The notes under the pieces are model-generated. The model made no database searches, had not been told where the DNA came from, and was given only the letters and a program-made list of their open reading frames with translations. Position numbers and translations under genes: made by a program. Positions 44,990 to 53,317 of a DNA stretch of 53,317 nucleotides are shown in pieces; position 1 is the first letter of the stretch; each line of letters begins with the position of its first letter. The stretch comes from an uncultured Eubacteriales bacterium (GTDB lineage Bacteria; Bacillota; Clostridia; Oscillospirales; CAG-272): NCBI GenBank assembly GCA_949451655.1, contig CASTST010000003.1, positions 1-53,317 of the forward strand. The letters are read 5' to 3'.

Positions 44990-47900
44990 TTATTCCATAT
45001 GCCTACACACTGCCCGCATGGGACAACTGTCGCAGGGCATACGACTGCCCCGCCGCACCGGTCTGGAACATGCCTGTCCGCTTTTCACCCGGCTGCCTGC
45101 TTTTTGCAGAGCAGCAGTCAGCCCCTGATATATATTCTGAAATTCTTCTTCTGTTGCAAGACTGCTGCTCTTGGAATAACTTCCGTCCCGATTCACAGTG
45201 ACCGGGATATACTTGCCGGACACATCCTTGTCCATGGCACGGATCACACCGTCATCCTGCAGGATAATCCCACGCCGGGAAATGCTTTTCCGCGCCTCCT
45301 GCCCGGCTGCTTCCCGATCCAGCGGCACCGGAGAAGATGCATCGCCGGGGCGGGCACTGAAATATACCGCTCCTGCCGGAACAAGCTTTTCGCCCGCCGG
45401 TGCAAGCTTTTGATAAAAAGGACTGCCCGCACTGGAGCATATAGAAAACAGATACAGCAGCAGCTGCACGTTGTGTCCTTCCAAAACCTCTTTCAAGGAA
45501 AAATTCTTGCTTCCCGTTTTGTAATCCGCTACCCGAATATATACCTTTCCATCCCGGCGCAGAATATCCAGCCTGTCCACAATACCCCGCATCGTCATAG
45601 CTCCCCCTGCTTCCAGAGGGATACGCAGTGCGGGAAGGGTCTCATCAAAGCCCACAGGCAGTTCAAACGCATACGGCACAAACTCTGCCTGCCCGAATTC
45701 CTCACTAAGGGACTCACCATATAAAATCACACTTCGCTGCAGCCTGCGGAACAGATAGTCTGTTCGCCGACTGGGAGGAGCCCCATGACTGACCGATTCA
45801 ATATACTGGCGGATCAGCCGTTCGGAGCGGCTGACAATGGTTTCCTGCGGGAGAGGAAATCCATCGGAAACAGATTCGCTCATGAAATCTTCCAAAATCT
45901 TATGTACAAAATTGCCCACATCCACCGGACGAATCTCCGCTGTCCGTCCCTCATCCAGCCGAAGCACATACCGGCAGTAATAGGAAAAGGGGCAGTCGCC
46001 AAACATCTCCAGCCGGGATTGTGTCATGGAAAGATCCCCGCCAAACAGTGCCTGTGCCGTATCTGCACCAACGCTGTCCCTATCTGCGGACAGACTTCCC
46101 TGGGGGATGGACCGATCCCCCAGCAAAGCTTCCAACACCGCTCCCTGAGGTGTATCCAAAAGAATGGGGAGCAACCGCCGTCCCGCATTTTCCGACCAAA
46201 CCATGGAAAGGGGATCCGGCTTTGTCAGGTCCGTTCTTTTTGCATTCGGCAGAAGCTGCATAATCCGCGCAGCGCCGGAAGAAGGATGCCATGTGCCATC
46301 CATACAGGGAATCATCACGGTAAGGGTTTCATCCGGGGCACAAGCGGAACGGTAAAAATGAAACAAGGCTTCTCCCTGCCGTGCTACAGAATCGGGCGAA
46401 AGCGCAATTCCCAAACCGGAAAGGGTTTCCTTATCCAAAGTGCCAAAAAAACCGTTATCGGAAGGCACAGCAGGAAATTCGCCGTATACCGCTCCAAGAA
46501 GGATCACATGGTGCACATCATCCAGACGTACACTGTCCGCACTGCCCAGCACCACCCGGTCGATTCCGTCCGGAATCGTTCCGATTTTACATGCCTCTGC
46601 CGTTCGCCGGAGCAGTCCGCCAAACCGTGCCGCGTCCATATCCCCGCCGCCGGTCTGCACGTCTGCCTCTGCCCCCTCCGCAATCGTGTCCAGTATATCG
46701 CATAAAACTGCCCAAACCTGACGAACCTCCTGGGCTGCTGCCGCGTCTCCGTTTCGCTCCAGCCGATCAGCCTCATTCTGCAGGCGCGTATACACATTAA
46801 AATCGCACAGCAGGCGATATGCAGCAGTGCAAACAGATGCGGCTGATCCGGGAAATGCATCCGCAAAAGCATCCAGCACCGGTGCAAGCTGCTCCCTTGC
46901 CTGATTTGCCATAGCAAGCTGCTCCCGCCCCCATGCACTGACCGTTTCCGTATATCCGTCCGGGTTCATGCTCCATCCGTCCGGATCACAAAAAATCCGT
47001 CTGCCCCGGATCCGCCATTTTTCCGTATACTGTTCCAACGCATCGCAGCAGTCCGGACTGACTCCGGTAAGCCCTGTTTTCGCACAGGAGATCACATCCT
47101 CCCGTCTCCATCCTCCTGCCACTACGGAAGCAGCAGTAAGCAGCAAGCGCACTGCCGGCTGCATCACAGCCGTTTTCTTACCGGAAAAATACACGGGAAT
47201 TCCCAAATCCGTGAGAATTGTATCGGTAATGCTGCGCCGCTGCTCCATATCTGCCGCCACCACAGCAATATCCCCATAATGCGCGCCTGCGCGGATCAGT
47301 TTTTGAATCACCGCGCCGACTGCATATGCTTCATCATAAACATCCCCGCAGCGAATGATTTCTACATTGTCGGCATCTCCCTTATAAGGCTGCGCCGTAT
47401 GATCCCACAAGCTGCGGGTGAGAACGCCCAGCGGTCCGGATACGGTGCAGGCAATTTCTCTGCTGTGTACTTCCTGTCCGCACTTTGCGCACAGCCGCGC
47501 CACATCATGGGAGAATGTACGAATATGCTCCAAATGCAGTTCCCCACCGGCTGCATCCGCCCGCAGAGGACAGGCAAAAGTCATAGTAAAGTTCTCCGCC
47601 TGCCGCAGAATCTGCTCTGTAATTTTCATTTCCTTCGGCGTGAGGGTGTAAAAGGAATCAATATACACGTCACATCCTGAAAAGTAATTGTGATTCTGCA
47701 GGGTTTGCACCAGCGCATCGGGAATTTCCTGGGGATCATCATACACCGCATGCAGCAACGTATCATAGGCTGCAAAAATGGCGGAAAGGTCCTGCAGTTT
47801 GTCCCTCAGCGCGCTGCGCTCTCCGCTTTCCCCCAGTTGCTCTGCCGCGTCCTCCAGCATTGCAGGTGTTACAGAATACGCCTTCAATTCATTCACCGCA

Positions 47901-48262
47901 CGCAGCAGAAGCGGGACATACCGATCCTCCCGCTCCTCCCGTTTGTAAATACGGAGGCTGTCCCGGAGAGAAATCAAAGCATTCCACATAACAAGGGTTT
48001 TCTTTGCATCCGTGATATAATGCTTTGCCACACCGCCAAACCGACGGAAAACGCTGTCTGCCAGACGGGTGAAGCTGACGATTTCAATCTGCATCATTGC
48101 GCGGGCAGGCAGGGCGCGGGCACAGCGCCGATCCCAAACCAGCGCCTGCTGCTCGGGGACGATAAGTGTGACCCTGCGGTTCTGTTTTAGAGAAAACGCT
48201 ATCTGATCCAGAACATATGCGCTTTTTTCTTTTGCCGAAAGCCCGAAAACAAGTTCTGTCAT
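44990..48262 (-). CDS. addB: ATP-dependent helicase/deoxyribonuclease subunit B (AddB)
   Basis: About 1090 aa. It has a degenerate N-terminal helicase-like domain. The C-terminal nuclease domain (DRLD ... VADYKTG) carries the Fe-S cysteines C(PFSYY)C ... CDSC..RAVC. It lies immediately upstream of addA on the same strand. The start is set at MTELVFGLS. Confidence 0.88.
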   Translation of the reverse strand: MTELVFGLSAKEKSAYVLDQIAFSLKQNRRVTLIVPEQQALVWDRRCARALPARAMMQIEIVSFTRLADSVFRRFGGVAKHYITDAKKTLVMWNALISLRDSLRIYKREEREDRYVPLLLRAVNELKAYSVTPAMLEDAAEQLGESGERSALRDKLQDLSAIFAAYDTLLHAVYDDPQEIPDALVQTLQNHNYFSGCDVYIDSFYTLTPKEMKITEQILRQAENFTMTFACPLRADAAGGELHLEHIRTFSHDVARLCAKCGQEVHSREIACTVSGPLGVLTRSLWDHTAQPYKGDADNVEIIRCGDVYDEAYAVGAVIQKLIRAGAHYGDIAVVAADMEQRRSITDTILTDLGIPVYFSGKKTAVMQPAVRLLLTAASVVAGGWRREDVISCAKTGLTGVSPDCCDALEQYTEKWRIRGRRIFCDPDGWSMNPDGYTETVSAWGREQLAMANQAREQLAPVLDAFADAFPGSAASVCTAAYRLLCDFNVYTRLQNEADRLERNGDAAAAQEVRQVWAVLCDILDTIAEGAEADVQTGGGDMDAARFGGLLRRTAEACKIGTIPDGIDRVVLGSADSVRLDDVHHVILLGAVYGEFPAVPSDNGFFGTLDKETLSGLGIALSPDSVARQGEALFHFYRSACAPDETLTVMIPCMDGTWHPSSGAARIMQLLPNAKRTDLTKPDPLSMVWSENAGRRLLPILLDTPQGAVLEALLGDRSIPQGSLSADRDSVGADTAQALFGGDLSMTQSRLEMFGDCPFSYYCRYVLRLDEGRTAEIRPVDVGNFVHKILEDFMSESVSDGFPLPQETIVSRSERLIRQYIESVSHGAPPSRRTDYLFRRLQRSVILYGESLSEEFGQAEFVPYAFELPVGFDETLPALRIPLEAGGAMTMRGIVDRLDILRRDGKVYIRVADYKTGSKNFSLKEVLEGHNVQLLLYLFSICSSAGSPFYQKLAPAGEKLVPAGAVYFSARPGDASSPVPLDREAAGQEARKSISRRGIILQDDGVIRAMDKDVSGKYIPVTVNRDGSYSKSSSLATEEEFQNIYQGLTAALQKAGSRVKSGQACSRPVRRGSRMPCDSCPMRAVCRHME

Positions 48263-48365
48263 CTGTCCGCCTCCCCTAAAATAATACTTATTATAATTAT
48301 ACAATATATACACGCCCGAATCAACAGCGTACCGGAAAGGAACATAAAATTTTTACGATTTCATC

Positions 48366-48394
48366 TTGCAAATATGCATATTTTATGCTATACT
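48366..48394 (+). promoter_or_regulatory. Candidate sigma-A promoter
   Basis: TTGCAA, 17-bp spacer (containing the palindrome ATATGCATAT), TATACT. Confidence 0.55.
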
Positions 48395-48448
48395 TCTATC
48401 TATGAAAAATGCAAAAAGGAGGACGTGCTCCGGCACGCAGGAATAACG

Positions 48449-49012
48449 ATGGCTACATATCATGACGGCGCTGAAATCGACCGTTCCACACATTCTATCA
48501 ACTACACAGAATTTACCGTTAAGAAAAAGACGGAAGGCATGCTGATTCTGGCAAAAATCGGTCTGATTCTTCTGTATATCGGAATCGTTGCAGTAATCTG
48601 GGCACTGGCAAGCTGGTGGCTTGGATGTATCAGTCTACTGCTTTCCATTATTACCTGGTATTTTACCTGGCCTTTTGTCAACATTGAATACGAATATACC
48701 ACCGCTTCGGGAGACTTGCAGTTTACCAAGATTTACGGTGGAAAGAAACGCTCCCCCATCCTGGAAAAGAAAATCAAGGATATGGAGTTGATCGCCCCCT
48801 ACACATCTGAATATACAAGCAAATTCCCGTCTATTGCAAAAACATACGACTGCCGCAAAAGTGTAAAGCAGACGGAAGACGTATACTTTGCTGTATTTGA
48901 CGAAAAAGGGGAAAAGCATCAGATTCTGTTCCAGTGCACCAATAAGGCACTGAAAATATTCACAAAGTACAACAAAGAAAATACTGTTACTGTAGACACC
49001 CTTCATTATTGA
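48449..49012 (+). CDS. Hypothetical membrane protein (two adjacent TM helices, then a soluble C-terminal domain)
   Basis: The start is uncertain. The hydrophobic hairpin is MLILAKIGLILLYIGIVAVIWALASWWLGCISLLLSIITWYF. A terminator follows. Confidence 0.55.
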   Translation: MATYHDGAEIDRSTHSINYTEFTVKKKTEGMLILAKIGLILLYIGIVAVIWALASWWLGCISLLLSIITWYFTWPFVNIEYEYTTASGDLQFTKIYGGKKRSPILEKKIKDMELIAPYTSEYTSKFPSIAKTYDCRKSVKQTEDVYFAVFDEKGEKHQILFQCTNKALKIFTKYNKENTVTVDTLHY

Positions 49013-49034
49013 TCCGGTAGTTCTAAAAATGCAG

Positions 49035-49077
49035 CACCCCCGCATAGATTCTTTTAGGAATTTATGCGGGGGTGTTT
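49035..49077 (+). terminator. Rho-independent terminator
   Basis: CACCCCCGCATA (49035-49046) pairs with TATGCGGGGGTG (49063-49074), followed by TTT. Confidence 0.7.
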
Positions 49078-49089
49078 CGCGTGAAAAAT

Positions 49090-49626
49090 ATGAAAAAACG
49101 AATTTACTGTTTTATATTGCTGCTGACATTGCTGCTTTTGTGTGCATGTAATGGGACGGAGAAAAACACAGCGGTACTTTGGTATCAGGAAGGGCCGGCA
49201 GAAATCAACGGAGAAATGCAAATCGAAGGTATCACCTACGCGGTGTCCTTGTCCCTTGGACGGGTAAACGAGGCAGGAGAGCGTGATATTACTTTGTCAT
49301 TCACCGCACCGGAAGAGATGGAAGGAATGACTTTCCGCCTGCGGGGAAAAGATATTTTCGCAGTATACGATACGGTGGAAATTCCCCTCACGAAGGAAGC
49401 GGCAGGAAATCTGTTTGCACCGGCAGCATTGTTTGCATTAGATGAAAAAAACATTACGGAAATACAAAAAGGTGAAGATGGAAAAACGCTGATTAAGGTA
49501 TCTGACGGGCAGAACGCATGGGATATATCCACAGACGCAGAAGGGATCCCCACAAGCATTTCCGCCATTGTAGATGGTAAGAATATCACATTTTCCATTC
49601 TCTCATACGTGCAGACAGATGTGTGA
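49090..49626 (+). CDS. Lipoprotein of unknown function
   Basis: MKKRIYCFILLLTLLLLCAC, i.e. a signal sequence plus a lipobox-like LLCAC. Confidence 0.6.
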   Translation: MKKRIYCFILLLTLLLLCACNGTEKNTAVLWYQEGPAEINGEMQIEGITYAVSLSLGRVNEAGERDITLSFTAPEEMEGMTFRLRGKDIFAVYDTVEIPLTKEAAGNLFAPAALFALDEKNITEIQKGEDGKTLIKVSDGQNAWDISTDAEGIPTSISAIVDGKNITFSILSYVQTDV

Positions 49627-49674
49627 CGATAAGGATGCCCTTGTTAGGATTTGCTGCGCAGTTTACTCACTATC

Positions 49675-49925
49675 AAAAGCCTCTTTAATGTAAAGGGAGG
49701 TGGTATGCCGTTAGCTCTCTCCAACGAAAGCCTCCCCCCGGCAAAGGGAGGTGGCACAGTTTTGCTGTGACTGAGGGATTGTTTATACTATACTACCAAT
49801 TCACAGTTCATGCAAAATGATAGTATTACAATCCCCCACCCGCTTCGCGGGATGCCCCCTTTGCACATGGAGCCTTTAGGGGATTTTGCTCTGCGACAAC
49901 ACCCTTTGCTAAGGGACCTTTTCAT
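49675..49925 (+). repeat. Mosaic repeat cluster with one core element
   Basis: A-type unit at about 49676-49729, core at 49730-49877, trailing E-type hairpin at about 49890-49925. Confidence 0.85.
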
Positions 49926-49944
49926 TTTGCCGGACTGTTACTCT

Positions 49945-49976
49945 AAAAAGGGACGCTATCATAGCGCCCCTTTTTT
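49945..49976. terminator. Bidirectional terminator downstream of mazF
   Basis: AAAAA-GGGACGCTAT-C-ATAGCGCCCC-TTTTTT. Confidence 0.7.
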
Positions 49977-49993
49977 CTACACAGTGAAATCGA

Positions 49994-50404
49994 CTAACCC
50001 GTAATTTCTACAGGAGCAGTGCCGCCCACACCATTATTTACATTCAGACCGAAACTAACAGTAATTGCCTCGTCTACAGCCTGCATCATATGATCGTCCA
50101 AATGCCCCATTTTTTCCTTCAGCCTGCGCTTGTCAATGGTACGAATCTGCTCCAGCAGAACCACTGAATCCCGCTGCAAACCTACCTTTTCCGCATACAC
50201 ATCAATATGCGTGGGCAATCTGGTTTTGCCAAGTTTGCTGGTAATCGCGGCAGCAATCACAGTAGGACTGTATTTATTTCCCACATCATTCTGCACAATC
50301 AATACAGGGCGCAATCCCCCCTGCTCGCTGCCCACTACCGGGCTAAGATCTGCATAATATATATCACCGCGTTTGACTGTCACGTTATCACTCTCCGTTA
50401 TCAT
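49994..50404 (-). CDS. mazF: MazF/PemK-family endoribonuclease toxin (EndoA-like)
   Basis: [47 protein letters not shown] ... LPTHI ... [17 protein letters not shown] is nearly collinear with B. subtilis EndoA (NdoA) as I recall it. A C-terminal extension of about 20 aa is present. An alternative GTG start lies at 50383. Confidence 0.9.
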   Translation of the reverse strand: MITESDNVTVKRGDIYYADLSPVVGSEQGGLRPVLIVQNDVGNKYSPTVIAAAITSKLGKTRLPTHIDVYAEKVGLQRDSVVLLEQIRTIDKRRLKEKMGHLDDHMMQAVDEAITVSFGLNVNNGVGGTAPVEITG

Positions 50405-50581
50405 AAACTTCCTTGCATTTCTGTTTTTAGTATTTCCGCAAAGGACACGGTTTTAATCATGAAACAGAGAAAATTTCCCGCAAAAATTTATTTTTCCGCA
50501 TTTCTTAAATAATGCCGTTTACTCCTTACCGGGACTGCTTATTCCGTGCCCCAATATCATCATATTCCCTGTGACCTGCCA

Positions 50582-50610
50582 TTGACAAAAAGCAGTGTAC
50601 AAGGTATAAT
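50582..50610 (+). promoter_or_regulatory. Consensus sigma-A promoter
   Basis: TTGACA (50582-50587), 17-bp spacer, TATAAT (50605-50610). Confidence 0.7.
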
Positions 50611-50691
50611 GATCGCAGAAAAACTTGCTGACGCACGATAGTCTGAAACTCGAACTTTGGGAGTTCATGAAAGAAAGGTTTGGTTGTTAAG

Positions 50692-51285
50692 ATGAAAAAA
50701 AGCACTCTGATCATTCTGATTGTCACAGCTGCACTTTTGATCGCTGCAGCTATAACCTGCACCGCTTTTCTGTTGCTGGACAATTCCGGACAGCAGCCTG
50801 AACAAACAGAAAAACCAACAGACACCGTACATGAAAATGTTGAGTACAGATACAACGAAGATGGACAAATCTCCAAAATCATTTATTACAACAACGATGT
50901 GCTTCAAGGTAGCACGGATTACGTATATATGGAAGACTATACCTGTATCGTCTACTTTGATAAGGATAACAAACAGACAGGGTACGAGCAGACCAATCAC
51001 AACGCCCTGAAGAATCCTACAAAGTATGTAAAAAAAGAAGGGGACACGCTGCTCGAATCAATTGAATATGATTATTTTGACGATCTTGCCACATTGCAGA
51101 AGAAAACCACAAAAACCTATTCAGACGGTGTGGAGCATGCCGAAAAGGAATACTACAATGAAGCTGGGCAAATGACCCGCAAATGCACGTATGAGGATGG
51201 CAATTTAATCAGCGATCTCACCTATACATACAATGAAGCAGGTGAAGCAGTAGACTCTGCTCCTACAACCGCTTCTGAAAATTAA
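50692..51285 (+). CDS. Membrane-anchored protein with YD/RHS-like short repeats
   Basis: N-terminal TM anchor, then repeats of the type Y.YNEDG.....Y (YRYNEDGQISKIIYY, YTYNEAGE, EYYNEAGQMTRKCTYEDG). Confidence 0.6.
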   Translation: MKKSTLIILIVTAALLIAAAITCTAFLLLDNSGQQPEQTEKPTDTVHENVEYRYNEDGQISKIIYYNNDVLQGSTDYVYMEDYTCIVYFDKDNKQTGYEQTNHNALKNPTKYVKKEGDTLLESIEYDYFDDLATLQKKTTKTYSDGVEHAEKEYYNEAGQMTRKCTYEDGNLISDLTYTYNEAGEAVDSAPTTASEN

Positions 51286-51312
51286 ATACCAGGGAAAGGC
51301 ACGATTATCATT

Positions 51313-52170
51313 ATGCAAAGAAAGATCCAACGCGCACTGGCAGCGCTGCTTTGTCTCTCCTGCCTTATCGGACTGCCCGCCTGTAAGTCCAGCAGCAATC
51401 ATCAGAGCGGCAAGGAAACAGACGCAGTGACAGACGGAACTGCATATGAATACAGCGCCGGCGGAAGGGTTTTATCTGCTGTAACGTATGAAGGCGGGGC
51501 AGAAATCAGCCGAATCGAATATGACTACTGGCCAAGCGGCAGTGTGCAGACCATTACTTTTACAGAAGCAGGCAAGCCGGTGGAAACCTGGAACTACATA
51601 TACGGCGACGACGGGATTACTTTGCGCAGTCGGGCGCGGTCATATACTGAGGACGGAGTTCCCTGCTCCGACATTTATGAATATGACGAATCCGGAAAAC
51701 TGCAGAAGCTTTCCACATATGAGGACAATGTATACTGCGGCAGTTTCCAGTATACCTACAATGAAAACGGTGAAACATCCTACAGCTGTCAGGTGGACGC
51801 GAATGATGATGTAATCAATTATACGGAATACGTTTTTAATGATGATGGCACCACCCACGCAGGATATTACTATGAGTATGGCAGTTTGACACGGTACTGG
51901 ATCAACACATATGAAAATGATGTGATTGCTTCTGTCACTTTTTATACCAGCAAGGATGCGGTGTTGTCCGAAACAAAATATGAATATAACAGTGACAACA
52001 AGGTTTCCCGCATGCTGTTTTATGACGCGGAAGGCACCATGGTAAGCTATATGGAATCCCTGTACAATGACGCTGGTGTGCATTACAAAGATATTTACTA
52101 CAAAGACGGTCAGCCCGTATACGGCTATAATTACACCGAAGAAGGCATTTCTACGTATTTTGAATATTGA
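51313..52170 (+). CDS. Lipoprotein with YD/RHS-like short repeats (paralogue of the preceding gene)
   Basis: Lipobox GLPAC. Repeats include YEYDESGKLQKLSTYED, YTYNENGETSY, YEYNSDNKVSRMLFYDAEG. Confidence 0.6.
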   Translation: MQRKIQRALAALLCLSCLIGLPACKSSSNHQSGKETDAVTDGTAYEYSAGGRVLSAVTYEGGAEISRIEYDYWPSGSVQTITFTEAGKPVETWNYIYGDDGITLRSRARSYTEDGVPCSDIYEYDESGKLQKLSTYEDNVYCGSFQYTYNENGETSYSCQVDANDDVINYTEYVFNDDGTTHAGYYYEYGSLTRYWINTYENDVIASVTFYTSKDAVLSETKYEYNSDNKVSRMLFYDAEGTMVSYMESLYNDAGVHYKDIYYKDGQPVYGYNYTEEGISTYFEY

Positions 52171-52178
52171 CTTTCCAC

Positions 52179-52216
52179 AAAAAAGTCCCGCTTCCATACG
52201 GAATCGGGACTTTTTA
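52179..52216 (+). terminator. Rho-independent terminator
   Basis: AGTCCCG (52184-52190) pairs with CGGGACT (52205-52211), followed by TTTTT. Confidence 0.8.
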
Positions 52217-52254
52217 TAGTTTTCCCCAATAAAAAGCCGCAGTGACGCATGTAA

Positions 52255-52830
52255 ACAAAAAAGCCTCCCCCAGTGGCATACCGCAAAGCATCCAACTTAA
52301 AAAGCCCCCTTGTGCAAAGGGGAGTAGCATAACGTTTGCTCTTCGCCAATCAAAAGCCTCCCTTGTGTAAAGGGAGGTGGCATACCGTTAGGTATGTCGG
52401 AGGGATTGTATAAACATATTGCCGATTGAATGATCCTGCAAAATGATAGTAGAAACAATCCCTCACCCGCTCCGCGGGAGCTCCCTTTACACAAGGGAGC
52501 CTCTTCTAAAATCAAGCCCCCTGTGCAAGGGAAGGCGGCACGCCGTAAGCCCTCACCAACGAAAAGCCTCCTTTGTGCAAAAGGAGGTGGCACGCCGTAA
52601 GCCCCCACCAACGAAAGGCCTCCCTTGTGTAAAGGGAGATGGCATACCGTTAGGTATGTCGGAGGGATTGTTTATACTGTACTACCGATTCGAAGCTCAT
52701 GCAAAATGATAGCACAACACACAACAATCCCCCAGTCTCCACTGCGTGGAGCCAGCCCCCTTTGCACAAGGGGGCCTTTTTATGTGGGTACTGCGCGAGA
52801 ACTCCCTTTGCTGGGGACCTTTTAGCTTGT
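52255..52830 (+). repeat. Mosaic repeat cluster: two core elements separated and preceded by ~53-bp tandem A-type units
   Basis: Cores at 52356-52503 and 52617-52781. A-type units such as CAACGAAAAGCCTCCTTTGTGCAAAAGGAGGTGGCACGCCGTAAGCCCCCAC lie at about 52556-52608. Confidence 0.85.
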
Positions 52831-52854
52831 ATTTTGCCCCCTGCTTGTTTATAT

Positions 52855-53317
52855 TTACCGAAGCAGCGCCTGCACCAGCGCGGGCACCTTTGCATAATCC
52901 TCCTCACCGGGATTCCACAAGGATTTTACTTCTTCCTCTACTACGGCGAATCCGGCATCCGCCAGCTTCTCCTTCAAAATCTTTACGCTTTCGCCGCTCC
53001 ATCCGTAACATCCGAATGCAGCCGCTTTTTTATTTTTAAATTTCAGCGATTTTACAAATGCAAGCCACCCGGTGACAGTGCAGAGAATATCATTCCCCTC
53101 TGTAGGCGATCCCACAGCAATTGCCCGGGATTTAAAAATCTCCGTCATAACTTCTGTTTTATCTGCCTTTGCCACATTGAATACCTTCACCACCGTATCC
53201 GGACTCTGGCTGGAAATCTCCTTTGCAATGGTGTGGGCAATTTTCGCAGTGCCGTCCCACATGGTATCATAGCAAACGGTAATCTGATTTTCCTGATACG
53301 TATCCGCCCAGGCAGCA
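52855..53317 (-). CDS. C-terminal flavodoxin-like domain of an FprA-type flavodiiron protein (5' part lies outside the window)
   Basis: The frame stays open to the window edge. ..ITVCYDTMWDGTAKIAHTIAKEI ... AIAVGSPTEGNDIL ... AAFGCYGWSGESV is typical of the FMN-binding domain of A-type flavoproteins. Confidence 0.7.
   Translation of the reverse strand, partial: AAWADTYQENQITVCYDTMWDGTAKIAHTIAKEISSQSPDTVVKVFNVAKADKTEVMTEIFKSRAIAVGSPTEGNDILCTVTGWLAFVKSLKFKNKKAAAFGCYGWSGESVKILKEKLADAGFAVVEEEVKSLWNPGEEDYAKVPALVQALLR

Noticed and set aside
44888-46705. Plus-strand ORFs of 278 aa and 306 aa (44888..45724, 45785..46705), plus many shorter ones
   Set aside because: They are antisense to addB, have Arg/Pro/Cys-rich composition typical of reverse-frame translation of GC-moderate genes, and carry no motifs.
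50526-50882. 118-aa minus-strand ORF upstream of mazF as a candidate antitoxin
   Set aside because: It overlaps the consensus promoter and the 5' part of the plus-strand gene at 50692 in antisense. It is Cys/Ser/Phe-rich with no RHH, AbrB or MazE features. It ends ~120 bp before mazF without coupling.

Overview
This is a chromosomal segment from a Firmicute, probably a gut Clostridia or Oscillospiraceae-type organism. That guess rests on AddAB, an EndoA-like MazF, a small alarmone synthetase and roughly 50% GC by eye. There is no rRNA and no CRISPR.

Layout:
(1) A tRNA-Trp gene is followed by a visibly AT-rich insertion of about 5.4 kb. The insertion holds an intact IS3-family element and a two-gene operon: a PHP-domain/Rad50-like coiled-coil ATPase (Ppl/TrlF-like) and a DUF2130 coiled-coil PD-(D/E)xK protein. 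It is bracketed by diverged copies of the tRNA trailer and by an IS3 remnant.
(2) A MATE efflux gene and a small alarmone synthetase follow.
(3) A tyrosine recombinase comes next, then a strong promoter flanked by two lox-like sites in inverted orientation. This looks like a putative invertible promoter.
(4) Downstream is a Wzx/Wzy-type polysaccharide locus of about 23.5 kb. It opens with an SF2 helicase carrying five HA-domain repeats. It also contains capD/capM-like genes, four glycosyltransferases, an EpsG polymerase, LicD, a 1582-aa secreted phosphodiester-glycosidase protein with 225-bp tandem repeats, a flippase, fnlA/B/C (UDP-L-FucNAc), an acyltransferase and VanZ.
(5) The rest holds an XRE regulator with an ABC-2 exporter module, a DUF4430 lipoprotein, an Ogg/AlkA-type glycosylase, addB-addA, an apparently orphan MazF toxin, two YD-repeat-like (lipo)proteins, and the 3' end of a flavodiiron protein gene.

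Nearly every larger intergenic region carries a modular hairpin-rich mosaic repeat family. It has 10 full core copies of about 150 bp plus tandem sub-modules. Stem covariation is clear and orientation is biased, and one cluster sits inside the addB-addA operon.

The top candidates for follow-up are the inverton, the PHP-ATPase/DUF2130 islet and the repeat family.
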